NCBI GenBank assembly: GCA_036733285.1
Contig: DAINAU010000002.1
Coordinates: forward strand, 1 to 59,606
From: a bacterium
GTDB lineage: Bacteria > JAGOBX01
Reading direction: 5' to 3'
Length of the DNA stretch: 59,606 nt
Part shown: piece after piece, positions 1-9,201 of the stretch
Position numbering within the stretch: the stretch's first letter is position 1
Layout: each line of letters opens with the position of its first letter
Translations under genes and position numbers: made by a program
Notes under the pieces: model-generated
What the model was told of the DNA's origin: nothing
Seen by the model: the letters and a program-made list of their open reading frames with translations, nothing else
Databases searched by the model: none

Positions 1-120
1 CTTTTTTTCAATATGGTATCAGATTCGTTCCCCTGACTTCGGGTTGTCTGAATTTCTTGCAACTTCTTTTAAATGCGCAATAAAATTTCTTAATGGGTAA
101 TTTAACAATTTATTAGTTTC

Positions 121-165
121 TTATCAAAAATATTCTTGCTTTCTCATCAAGAATATTTTTGATAA
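121..165. repeat. Perfect 18-bp inverted repeat (TTATCAAAAATATTCTTG, 9-nt loop), REP-like or terminator-like hairpin
   Basis: Arm 121-138 is the exact reverse complement of arm 148-165. It lies in non-coding sequence upstream of mlaE. Confidence 0.9.
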
Positions 166-266
166 GCGGAAACTTTTCCGGTTTATGCAATGGAAGTAAA
201 GACGTCGAGACAAAAATAGTTTTACTGTAATTATGAATTTTGAATTAAAAATATCAAATAACCGCG

Positions 267-356
267 CATCCGTTAAATCAGTTTAATCTGTTTACATCTG
301 TGTTAAGATGTTTTTTAACGCTGATTGATTACAGATTTAACAGATTTACAGAGATT
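267..356. repeat. Imperfect inverted array of ~9-bp AATCTGT-like units
   Basis: aaatcagtt/taatctgtt/tacatctgtg (275-302) faces ctgatt, acagatt, acagatt, acagagatt (321-356). Confidence 0.6.
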
Positions 357-478
357 TTTTTGTTTTATATTATTTTTGTTGTTTATTGTTCAAGATTGGC
401 TTTTTCTATTTTCGTGAACTCGACCCTGAAATTTTTGGGTAAAAAAAACTTCTTGATTAATATTTTTTATATTTTAAA

Positions 479-1270
479 ATGGCTGACCGTATGAGTTCAC
501 GCGATAAAAAATCAGGCAAGAAAAAAATATACGGATTCGTTTACATTTTAGGCGATATAGTCATAATGTTTAAAGACATTGCTCGGGCGATGTATAATTT
601 TAAAAACAGAAGACCGCTGATAATAAATAATATTGTCCGAATGGGCGTTGAATCGACTCTCATAACGGTTGTAATGTCTTTTTTTATCGGATTGGTTCTG
701 GCTTTGCAGACCGGATATCAATTGAGCAAATTCAATCTTACGAATCTCCTCGGCGCCATAGTGGGATTATCTCTTTTAAAAGAACTTGCTCCGGTTCAAG
801 CTGCGGTTCTGATAGCGGGAAAAGTCGGTTCGTCTATAACCGCCGAATTAGCTTCAATGAAAGTCTCGGAAGAAATCGACGCTATCCACATTATGGGAAT
901 CGATGTAAATAATTATCTTATTATGCCGAGATTTATCGGATGCGCGCTTTCGACTCTGATTCTCGTAATATATACGGATTTTGTGGGTTTTCTCGGAGGG
1001 GCTTTTATTTCAAATGTGTATTATAATGTTTCTTTTGAAAATTTTTTGGAATCGTTTGTAAGTTTTGTTGAAAATATCGATATTATAACGAACCTGCTAA
1101 AAGCAATCGTGTTCGGCGTTCTAATCGCTTTAATAAGCTGTTATTTCGGAATTAAAACGACCGGCGGTTCCGAAGAAGTCGGGAAATCGACCACGACAAC
1201 GGTCGTGGTTTCATTTATGGTAATATTGATAGCCAATTTTTTTCTTACGCGGATAATGATGTATTTTTAA
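479..1270 (+). CDS. mlaE: MlaE family lipid asymmetry ABC transporter permease
   Basis: Multi-TM protein with MlaE signatures GLVLALQ, KELAPVQAAVLIAGKVGSSITAELASMKVSEEIDAIHIMGID, YLIMPR and TTGGSEEVGKSTT. The start may be the ATG at 491. Confidence 0.92.
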   Translation: MADRMSSRDKKSGKKKIYGFVYILGDIVIMFKDIARAMYNFKNRRPLIINNIVRMGVESTLITVVMSFFIGLVLALQTGYQLSKFNLTNLLGAIVGLSLLKELAPVQAAVLIAGKVGSSITAELASMKVSEEIDAIHIMGIDVNNYLIMPRFIGCALSTLILVIYTDFVGFLGGAFISNVYYNVSFENFLESFVSFVENIDIITNLLKAIVFGVLIALISCYFGIKTTGGSEEVGKSTTTTVVVSFMVILIANFFLTRIMMYF

Positions 1271-1274
1271 TTAT

Positions 1275-3236
1275 ATGTTTAAACTCGTTTCAGAATATAA
1301 ACCGGCAGGCGACCAGCCTAAAGCGATTGAAAAAATTTCTCAAAGTATTATTTCAGGAAATAAGGAGAATGTTCTGCTTGGAGTAACCGGAAGCGGGAAA
1401 ACATTCTCAATGGCGAATATAATAGCGAAAATAAATAAACCGACCATTGTAATATCGCATAATAAAACTCTTGCCGCTCAATTATACGACGAGTTCAAAC
1501 AATTTTTTCCGCATAACGCTGTGGAGTATTTTGTTTCTTTTTACGATTACTACCAACCCGAAGCCTATATTCCATCGACCGATACTTTTATTGAAAAGGA
1601 TTCTGATATAAACGAAGAAATCGACAGAATGCGGCTCGCCGCAACTTCCTCGTTGTTATCAAGAAAAGATACCATCATAATTGCGTCCGTTTCCTGCATA
1701 TACGGATTGGGTTCGCCGATTGATTATGAACATTATGTTTTGCATCTGAAAATAAACGAGGAAATCGATAGAAAAAAAATGCTTATCCGGTTAGTCAATA
1801 TGCAATATTCCAGAAATGATTTGTCTGCGGACAGAGGAACGTTCAGAGTTATCGGCGATACGATTGAAATATATCTTGCGTATGCGAAATCCTGCGTAAG
1901 AATTCATTTTTGGGGCGACACGATAGAAAAAATCGAAGCAGTAAATCCGGTTACTAAACAAGTCGAAAAAATTTTAGACGAAGAATTTATTTTTCCAGCA
2001 AAACATTTTATGACCACTCCGGAAAAACTTGAAATAGCCGTGGAAACAATAAGAGAAGAATTAAAAGAACGGCTCGATTATTTTTATAAACATAACCGAA
2101 TTCTTGAAGCTCAACGACTGCGGCAGAGAACCGAGTATGATTTGGAAATGCTTAAAGAAATGAATTACTGCAGCGGAATAGAAAACTATTCGAGACATCT
2201 TTCCGGCAGAGAGGCGGGTTCAACGCCTTACACTTTATTCGATTATTTTCCTAAGGATTTTTTAACTATAATAGACGAATCCCACGCGACAGTACCTCAA
2301 TTGAGAGGAATGTTTAACGGCGATTATTCCAGAAAAAAAACGCTTGTGGATTTTGGATTCAGACTTCCGTCCGCGCTTGACAACCGTCCTCTTAAATTTG
2401 ACGAGTTTGTCAAAAAAACAGATAACGTTTTATACGTATCAGCCACTCCTGCGGATTACGAACTTGAAAGGTCTCAGGTTATTGTTGAACAAATTATAAG
2501 ACCTACGGGACTTGTCGATCCTGAAATCATCATAAAACCGTCCAAATATCAGATTGACGATATTATTGAAGAAATCAATAATACGGTAAAAAACAACGAA
2601 CGGGTTTTAGTAACTACGCTGACTATAAAAATGTCCGAACAATTAACCGAATACCTAAAGAAATTAAATATTCGGGTTCAATATCTTCATTCGAAAATTG
2701 AAACGCTTGATAGAATAAAAATTCTTCATTCTTTGAGAAAAGGAGAGTTCGACGTTCTTGTCGGCATAAATCTGCTTAGAGAAGGGCTTGATTTGCCCGA
2801 GGTTTCGCTTGTGGCGATTCTTGACGCGGACAAGGAAGGTTTTTTAAGAAGCGAACGTTCTCTGATTCAGGTTGCCGGCAGGGCTTCGCGAAATATCAAT
2901 GGAAGAGTTATTATGTATGCGGATAAAATAACCAAATCCATTGAAAAAGCGGTTTCTGAAACAACCCGCCGCAGAAAAAAACAATTGGAGTATAATAAAA
3001 AAAATAATATAACCCCTGAAAGTATTAAACGTAATATATTTGCCGATTCAAAACTTCTGCAGCATGACGATAAAACCGGAATAAAAATAAAATATGCTGA
3101 AAAATTCAATTTGAAACCCGATTCTTCAAATGCCGAAATCATAACTGAACTTTATGAAGAAATGCTAAAAGCTTCGCAAAACCTTGATTTTGAATACGCT
3201 GCCGAGCTAAGAGATTTAATAAAGTCTTTGAAATAA
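1275..3236 (+). CDS. uvrB: Excinuclease ABC subunit B
   Basis: Walker A GVTGSGKT, HNKTLAAQLY, YDYYQPEAY beta-hairpin, DESH box, GINLLREGLDLPEV and a C-terminal UVR motif (LDFEYAAELRD). Confidence 0.99.
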   Translation: MFKLVSEYKPAGDQPKAIEKISQSIISGNKENVLLGVTGSGKTFSMANIIAKINKPTIVISHNKTLAAQLYDEFKQFFPHNAVEYFVSFYDYYQPEAYIPSTDTFIEKDSDINEEIDRMRLAATSSLLSRKDTIIIASVSCIYGLGSPIDYEHYVLHLKINEEIDRKKMLIRLVNMQYSRNDLSADRGTFRVIGDTIEIYLAYAKSCVRIHFWGDTIEKIEAVNPVTKQVEKILDEEFIFPAKHFMTTPEKLEIAVETIREELKERLDYFYKHNRILEAQRLRQRTEYDLEMLKEMNYCSGIENYSRHLSGREAGSTPYTLFDYFPKDFLTIIDESHATVPQLRGMFNGDYSRKKTLVDFGFRLPSALDNRPLKFDEFVKKTDNVLYVSATPADYELERSQVIVEQIIRPTGLVDPEIIIKPSKYQIDDIIEEINNTVKNNERVLVTTLTIKMSEQLTEYLKKLNIRVQYLHSKIETLDRIKILHSLRKGEFDVLVGINLLREGLDLPEVSLVAILDADKEGFLRSERSLIQVAGRASRNINGRVIMYADKITKSIEKAVSETTRRRKKQLEYNKKNNITPESIKRNIFADSKLLQHDDKTGIKIKYAEKFNLKPDSSNAEIITELYEEMLKASQNLDFEYAAELRDLIKSLK

Positions 3237-3376
3237 TCATTTAACTTTTTAAAAGTTGAATATTTAAAAATCGAGCTAAAACACTGAAACTTATACGGGT
3301 TTCAAAGCCCCTCTAAAAATATTCTTATTGTAAATGCAAGAAATTTATTTATAAGATAATGAAATCCGGCTCGGCT

Positions 3377-4198
3377 CTATATTATTCCGGCGGCGTTTTT
3401 TTCTATCCAGCATTCAGACCCGTTATCGAGTTTTATATTAAACCATTCTCCTTTTTCCTGAATCAATTTGAATTCGACGCCTTCGTTAAGCGGCTGATTA
3501 AAACTCGGTTCATAGCTTTCGGAATTTCCTTTTCTGCCTATAACCGTTTCCGCCGTGATAACTCCTCTAACATTATGTTTGTCCAAATAATACTGATACG
3601 CTATTGAGCCGAATACGCATAAACAAACTATGGCGGACGCGGTTTTAATCCAATTCAGAAAATGAAAACGCCGAAATATCCGGGCGGTAATCGCCGCAAA
3701 AAAAACCGATATTGCGATAAGAAAAACCGTTATGCGCAAATTCAAATCATATAAATAATGCCAGAAAAAAATAATTTCAAGAACTTTATTGATTTGAGGT
3801 TTAGCTATTGAATCGTCGAGATTTTTTATTGTGGCTGATATGTTTGATTTAAGGTTTTTGTCGTTGGGAATAAATCTTTCGGCTTTTCTATAATATAATA
3901 ACGCGGCGCCGTATTGTTTCATCATATAATAACAATTGCCAATATTAAAGATAACGTAACCGTTCGAGTTATTTTGCGCCGCGGAAATTTCAGAATACTT
4001 ATCTTTAGCGGATGAAAAAAACGCGTTGGCGGATTCTGAATTCTTAGTTTCAATTCCCTGTTTAAAAAATATCTCGGCTTCATCGCGCAATTTCAAAACC
4101 GCCTGATTATCTTTGTTTGAACACAACCCCGGCATATGCGTTAAAACTTCCAAACAGACGCATATAATAAAAATATAAAAAAATCTTTGTCTCGCCAT
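3377..4198 (-). CDS. batE: BatE-like TPR + SH3-type protein
   Basis: TPR (FNIGNCYYMMKQYGAALLYYRKAERFIPND), two TM segments, C-terminal SH3-like L.EG.EF....EKGEWFNIKL.NG..CWI, and last position in the Bat cluster. Confidence 0.8.
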   Translation of the reverse strand: MARQRFFYIFIICVCLEVLTHMPGLCSNKDNQAVLKLRDEAEIFFKQGIETKNSESANAFFSSAKDKYSEISAAQNNSNGYVIFNIGNCYYMMKQYGAALLYYRKAERFIPNDKNLKSNISATIKNLDDSIAKPQINKVLEIIFFWHYLYDLNLRITVFLIAISVFFAAITARIFRRFHFLNWIKTASAIVCLCVFGSIAYQYYLDKHNVRGVITAETVIGRKGNSESYEPSFNQPLNEGVEFKLIQEKGEWFNIKLDNGSECWIEKNAAGII

Positions 4199-4201
4199 AC
4201 T

Positions 4202-6079
4202 CTATTTTCCTTTTATATCAAAAGATATTTTTTTTAATTTTTCAAGTATTATTTTTTTTTCGCTTTCGGTTCTGCCTGCCGTTGAAAATCTCGCTTCGTC
4301 GCACTTTTCAAGAATATCAGCGCATAATTCGTAGACCTGACCGGTCAATTCGCCGGAATTTTTTAAAGTTACAATATCGTTTAAAGTGAATTCTCCTTTT
4401 GGCAAATTAAAGTTATCGCCGATATATTCCGCAGTTGTTTTTGCCGCAAGTTCATAAAAATCCTTGTTTTCGCCTGATTTCATCAATTTTTCAAGTTTTG
4501 ACAAATTGGACTTAAATCTTGAGTCGGCGAATTTTTTACGGGCGAATCCCGTATCGGTTTTAAGCTTATTCACATAAGACATTATGAAATAAATAATGAA
4601 ATAGCACGCGGCAGGTATCAACGCGAAAAACAAATTCATATAGCCCTTATTCTTCAATCCGTTATTCAATGCAAACCGGTCGTCCGAATAGTTTGCTGTT
4701 ATTCCCGACGACGATTCGATTAAATTATTCTTTTCTTTTTCATTATTAAACAAAGGCAAATTGAATCCTTGAGCAGGTTTTTGGTTTGTTACAAGATCTT
4801 TTCCGGTTACTTGAACCGTAGGCTTCACTGTAAGCGCGATAGGTTTGCTGAAAGATTTTTCATATTTTCCCGTATTGGGATTAAAATAAATTAATTCAAC
4901 GCTTGGAAATTCTTTTACTTTATCCGATTTCGGTCTTATGGTAACTGAAAATTCTTTTGACCCGTCTGTTTTAATTTCGCCTGAAGTCGCGTCTTTTCCG
5001 ATATCGAAATTTTCAGCTATTTCCTTATTAGACTCCATATCGGGAAATTCTACGGAATCCATTAAACCGGTTCCTTTTATGATGACAGTCAATATCATCG
5101 GATCGCCTACGTTTAATTTTTGAATATCGGTTTTTGTTGAAATATTGTATTTGCCTACGAGATTGTTCTGTTTTCCGAACTTGCCGAGAGCCGGCAAATT
5201 CGACGCGGTTAAATTTAACATATTTGACGTGGCGTATAATTCTTTTATTTCAGGAATCTCTCGCTGCCGGACATAACCGAAAAAATCTCTGTATTTTTCT
5301 ATCCGGCTTCCTGTAACTACTTTGGCTTTTATGTTTACAGGCGGAAAATTTATTATTCCGGGTTCTTTGGGATAGACAACGGCTCCGAAATTAATTACCG
5401 TATAATTTATATCGTTTTTTTTCTCGGTTGTTATCCAGCCGGAAAAATTCTGATTTCCATTAGCAGTTATATTCTGTTTTTTATCTTTATCCCGATTAGA
5501 CAATTCCCGCAAAATTATATTTTTATTCAATAATCCCGGAACCGATATGTTATATTCGCCGACATTCTTTGTAAGATACCATTTTACAATATATTCTACA
5601 GGCGAATTAATAAACGCCTTGTTGCTTTTGAAAGATTGTTCGACTGTCATTTCATCAGAAGTCGGCGGTTTGGAAACGGCGAGAGCAAGCTTGTTTGTCT
5701 GATACTGTTTCCCGCCGGCTTTTACGTTAAATGCCGGAATATCGTAATTCCCCGGTTTATGCGCAGAAACGGAATAAGAATACGTCGTAGTAGTCTTGGA
5801 AACCGTTTCCATTTTTCCGTTTATTATTGAAATGTTCTGCATCGAAGAATGAGACGGTCCGCCTGTAAAAATGATATTCAAACCGTCAACCTGCGGCGGA
5901 GCCGGTCTATCGTCAGTCGAAGCGTTAATCTCAAGCGTTATCCCCGCCTGATCGCCGATATACAACACATTTTTATTAATTGAAACTCTCGCCTGAATAT
6001 CAGCGGCGTTGATTCCGCCGGACGCGTTTAAAATCATTATAAAAAAAATAATAACGCATTTTTTTATTTTTATGCTCAT
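4202..6079 (-). CDS. batD: BatD family protein
   Basis: Signal peptide; BatD-like N-terminus (SSMQNISIING, YSYSVSAHKPGNYDIPAFNV); VGKYNIS..T....LNVGDP..LTV.I.GTG; YFNPNTGKYE; C-terminal TM; position in operon. Confidence 0.88.
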   Translation of the reverse strand: MSIKIKKCVIIFFIMILNASGGINAADIQARVSINKNVLYIGDQAGITLEINASTDDRPAPPQVDGLNIIFTGGPSHSSMQNISIINGKMETVSKTTTTYSYSVSAHKPGNYDIPAFNVKAGGKQYQTNKLALAVSKPPTSDEMTVEQSFKSNKAFINSPVEYIVKWYLTKNVGEYNISVPGLLNKNIILRELSNRDKDKKQNITANGNQNFSGWITTEKKNDINYTVINFGAVVYPKEPGIINFPPVNIKAKVVTGSRIEKYRDFFGYVRQREIPEIKELYATSNMLNLTASNLPALGKFGKQNNLVGKYNISTKTDIQKLNVGDPMILTVIIKGTGLMDSVEFPDMESNKEIAENFDIGKDATSGEIKTDGSKEFSVTIRPKSDKVKEFPSVELIYFNPNTGKYEKSFSKPIALTVKPTVQVTGKDLVTNQKPAQGFNLPLFNNEKEKNNLIESSSGITANYSDDRFALNNGLKNKGYMNLFFALIPAACYFIIYFIMSYVNKLKTDTGFARKKFADSRFKSNLSKLEKLMKSGENKDFYELAAKTTAEYIGDNFNLPKGEFTLNDIVTLKNSGELTGQVYELCADILEKCDEARFSTAGRTESEKKIILEKLKKISFDIKGK

Positions 6080-6086
6080 ATAATTT

Positions 6087-6181
6087 TTACCGCCATTCGT
6101 TGCCTTTTTGATTCTTCTTCCGCAAGATTATCTCTGATAGCCGAATCAATAATCTTACCACCATTCGTTGCCTCTGATTCT
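6087..6181. repeat. Imperfect direct repeat of the batC 3' end (6087-6113 vs 6155-6180)
   Basis: ttaccgccattcgttgcctttttgattc versus ttaccaccattcgttgcctctgattc, starting 68 bp apart. Confidence 0.75.
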
Positions 6182-6979
6182 TCCGGCTCCTTCAATAAAT
6201 TTATACTTTTTATCTTTTTTATCGTCTTGCTGTAATTTTTTCAATTCCGCCGCGGCTTGTTCAGGAGTCATTTTTTTATCTTTTCCAAATTTTTTTTGAG
6301 GTTGTCCCGCGCGGCTATTCTCCTGATTTTGTTTATTCTGTTGATTCTGTTTATTCTGGTCGTTCCCCTGCTGATTATTTTTATCTTTGTTCTTTTCCCC
6401 GTTTTTATTTTTTTGTTCCCGTTGGTCTTGTTGATTTTTATTCTGGTCTTGTTTCCCTTTATTTTTCTTTTCTTCTTCCTGTTGTTTTTTCAGTTTATCA
6501 AATAAATTTTTTAAAATTAATCTCGCTCTCTGAATATTGATTTTTGAATCGTTATGTTCCGGGTTTTTTTTTAATGCGTCCTGATAAAACGAAATAGCTT
6601 TTTTAAAATTTTCTATTGATTCGCGCAGGTCGGCGTCGATTAAATTTTCCGCTTTCTTAAAAAAACTGTTTGCCGTTCTGAAAAGCGATTCGATTTCAAA
6701 TTCATCTTCCGCGAGCACCGCGGATTTTTTGAAATATTCGATTGCTTTATCATAATCTTTTTTCAAATAATAAACCGAACCGAGATTAAAAAGAATTTCA
6801 GCTTTATTGGGAAGTTCAGAATCCGCTTTTTTAAATTTTTGTTCCGCGTCTTCAAATTTTTTATTTTTGAGCAAGTTATTGCCCTCGCTCACAAGACTGC
6901 GAGGATTAGCGTTTAAACCGGTTTCAAAAATAATCCCTATAAAAAAAACAAATATCAATATAAATATTTTATTTTTCAT
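6155..6979 (-). CDS. batC: BatC-like TPR protein with Q/N/K-rich tail
   Basis: Signal peptide, TPRs (EGNNLLKNKKFEDA; FNLGSVYYLKKDYDKAIEYF), low-complexity QNK tail, MTPEQA...L motif and terminal Trp residues. Confidence 0.82.
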   Translation of the reverse strand: MKNKIFILIFVFFIGIIFETGLNANPRSLVSEGNNLLKNKKFEDAEQKFKKADSELPNKAEILFNLGSVYYLKKDYDKAIEYFKKSAVLAEDEFEIESLFRTANSFFKKAENLIDADLRESIENFKKAISFYQDALKKNPEHNDSKINIQRARLILKNLFDKLKKQQEEEKKNKGKQDQNKNQQDQREQKNKNGEKNKDKNNQQGNDQNKQNQQNKQNQENSRAGQPQKKFGKDKKMTPEQAAAELKKLQQDDKKDKKYKFIEGAGRIRGNEWW

Positions 6980-7021
6980 AATACTTTCAATTATAAAATT
7001 TTTTTTATTGTTTTTTCAACA

Positions 7022-8023
7022 TCATTTTTTCGATTTAGTTTCGGAAATAAAAGTTTCTATCAACAGGAGCAGTATTGCAATAGCAAGCGGTATCTGATAA
7101 AAATCTTTCCATTTGAGCGTTTTAACCGACTTTAATTCTCGTTTTTCAGCCGAAGCTATTTTTTCAAGATAAATCTTCGATAAATCAAAATTCCCCGTTT
7201 TTACAGGCAAAAACGCTCCTTCGGGATGCGCCAGCGCAATTTCCTGAAGCAGAGCCGCGTTAAGTTTTGAACGATGCTGTTTTTCTTCGGCTTCGGGATT
7301 ATTCGCGGTAATCAAAGCGCCCATATCAGGGTCGCCCAGTCCAACCGTAAAAATCCTGATTCCGCCGTTTGTAGCCGCTCTTTCAGCGGCTTTAACAGGC
7401 CAGCTATTTTGATCCTCTCCGTCAGTAATCAATATTATATCCTTGAATTTTTTTTCTTTTTCATTAAACATTTCCTCTGCTTTTCTAATTGCATCGCCTA
7501 TGTTGGTTCCCGGATCGGGTATGTCTCCGGTTGAGATTGATTTTAAAATATTAATAAAAAAACTGTAATCATTGGTCAGCGGCGATTTTAACGACGAGCT
7601 TCCCGAAAAAATTATCAAGCCCACTCTGTCTCCCTGAAGTTTTAAAATAAGATCGGTTATGGCTATTTTTGCGCGTTCGAGTCTTGTAGGTTTCAAATCC
7701 GTCGCGTTCATGCTCTCGGAAACGTCGAGTAAAAAAACTATATCTCTGCCAACCTGTTTTATATTTTCTGAAACAGGATCTCCCTGCGGTCTCATTAAAG
7801 CGGCAATTATAAAAAAAAACGAAAGAATGACGAGAACCGCTTTTACGGCTTGTTTTTTTCTGCTTGAATCAACCGATATTTTTTTTAACGCTTCGGAAGT
7901 CGCGAATATTTTCAGCAATCTGTCTTTTTTCCTGAAATATAGAAAGTATAAAAAAATAATAACGGGAATAATCCATATAAAATATACGTAATAAATATTT
8001 TCAAACCTTTCGATGAATCCCAT
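7022..8023 (-). CDS. batB: BatB-like vWA domain protein
   Basis: N- and C-terminal TM segments; MIDAS LLDVSESM, RLERAK, GDRVGLIIF, GTNIGDAI, ITDGED. Confidence 0.88.
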   Translation of the reverse strand: MGFIERFENIYYVYFIWIIPVIIFLYFLYFRKKDRLLKIFATSEALKKISVDSSRKKQAVKAVLVILSFFFIIAALMRPQGDPVSENIKQVGRDIVFLLDVSESMNATDLKPTRLERAKIAITDLILKLQGDRVGLIIFSGSSSLKSPLTNDYSFFINILKSISTGDIPDPGTNIGDAIRKAEEMFNEKEKKFKDIILITDGEDQNSWPVKAAERAATNGGIRIFTVGLGDPDMGALITANNPEAEEKQHRSKLNAALLQEIALAHPEGAFLPVKTGNFDLSKIYLEKIASAEKRELKSVKTLKWKDFYQIPLAIAILLLLIETFISETKSKK

Positions 8024-8027
8024 AATT

Positions 8028-9176
8028 TTAAGGTATTCTCCTGAATATAGTAGTTGATAAAATTATTTCCAGCAGTAAAACCAATAATCCCGGCAATAAA
8101 AATTTTCTAAATAATTCGTTGTATTCAAGATAAGCGCTGTCTTCTATTTCGGTTTTTTCAAGCGAATCAATTTCTTTATAAATTTTCTGAAGAGATTCGC
8201 CATCTTCGGCAAGATAAAACTTGCCTCCGGTCATAGAAGAAATATTCTTCAACGTCGCGGCGTCCACCTCGTCGCCCTGCATTCCGACAAACATTCTTCC
8301 AAAAATGGGGTCGTCAATATACTGCCCTCCGCGTTTGCTTCCGATTCCAATCGTATAGACCTTAATTCCATTCGCCGCCGCAAGTTCTGAGCCAGCGGCC
8401 GGCTGAAGATTTCCGTATGTGTTCTGCCCGTCGGTTAAAAGTATTATAACCTTGCTTTTTATTTTATAATCGCTTGATTTATTGTTTTTATAATATTTAT
8501 CCGCTTCAATCATTTTCAACGCAGTATAATATAAAGCGTCGCCTATCGCGGTCATCTGGGATATTTGCGCGTATTGTCTGAATTGATTTAATTCTTCTTG
8601 AGACATCGAAGCGCCCATCGCATTGTAATATTTTTCGTAATCATACACTTCTATCGACTTAAGAAAATTATCAAAATTACTATGCTCCAGAGTTAATGGG
8701 CAGTTAAACTCGACAGCGCCGGAAAAAGAAGTTATACCTATCAAATCGTTCTGCCTGCGTTTTCCGGAAGCGAGCTTTCCCGAAACGAATTGAGCGAACA
8801 CTTCTTTTACCACGTCGAGACGAGTCATCTGTTTATTTTTAAAATTCATAAGCTGTTTCATAGAACCGGATTTGTCTATGACCATTTGAATAGCTATGCC
8901 TTTAGTTAAATGCGTTTTAACCGTGATTCCTTTTCTCGGTCTTGCCGCGGCGAAAATTAATAAAATAACGGCTATTATTCTCAGAACCGCGGGGATATGT
9001 CTTAATCTGTATCTCCAACCCTGTTTTATTTTTTTTAATTTCCTGACCGAAGAAAATTTTAACGAACCCTTTCGTTTTTTGGAAATCGAAAAAAATATAA
9101 TATACGGTATTATAACTATCAGCAGATAGAAAATCCAAGAGTCTTTGAATTCCGGAATAAAACCAAACAGATTCAT
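8028..9176 (-). CDS. batA: BatA-like vWA domain protein
   Basis: N-terminal TM segments with AAARPR; MIDAS VIDKSGSM; CPLT; TAIGDAL; SKVIILLTDGQN; KVYTIGIG; IYKEIDSLEKT; C-terminal TM. Confidence 0.9.
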   Translation of the reverse strand: MNLFGFIPEFKDSWIFYLLIVIIPYIIFFSISKKRKGSLKFSSVRKLKKIKQGWRYRLRHIPAVLRIIAVILLIFAAARPRKGITVKTHLTKGIAIQMVIDKSGSMKQLMNFKNKQMTRLDVVKEVFAQFVSGKLASGKRRQNDLIGITSFSGAVEFNCPLTLEHSNFDNFLKSIEVYDYEKYYNAMGASMSQEELNQFRQYAQISQMTAIGDALYYTALKMIEADKYYKNNKSSDYKIKSKVIILLTDGQNTYGNLQPAAGSELAAANGIKVYTIGIGSKRGGQYIDDPIFGRMFVGMQGDEVDAATLKNISSMTGGKFYLAEDGESLQKIYKEIDSLEKTEIEDSAYLEYNELFRKFLLPGLLVLLLEIILSTTIFRRIP

Positions 9177-9201
9177 ATTACTGCAATACCCCTGCTTCTC
9201 C

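Noticed and set aside
300-494. 64-aa ORF upstream of mlaE
   Set aside because: Low-complexity F/I/L-rich translation of AT-rich, repeat-containing intergenic DNA, with no RBS or motif.
6240-6500. Repetitive-looking sequence in batC
   Set aside because: It encodes the Q/N/K-rich tail typical of BatC-like proteins and has no exact DNA repeat unit.
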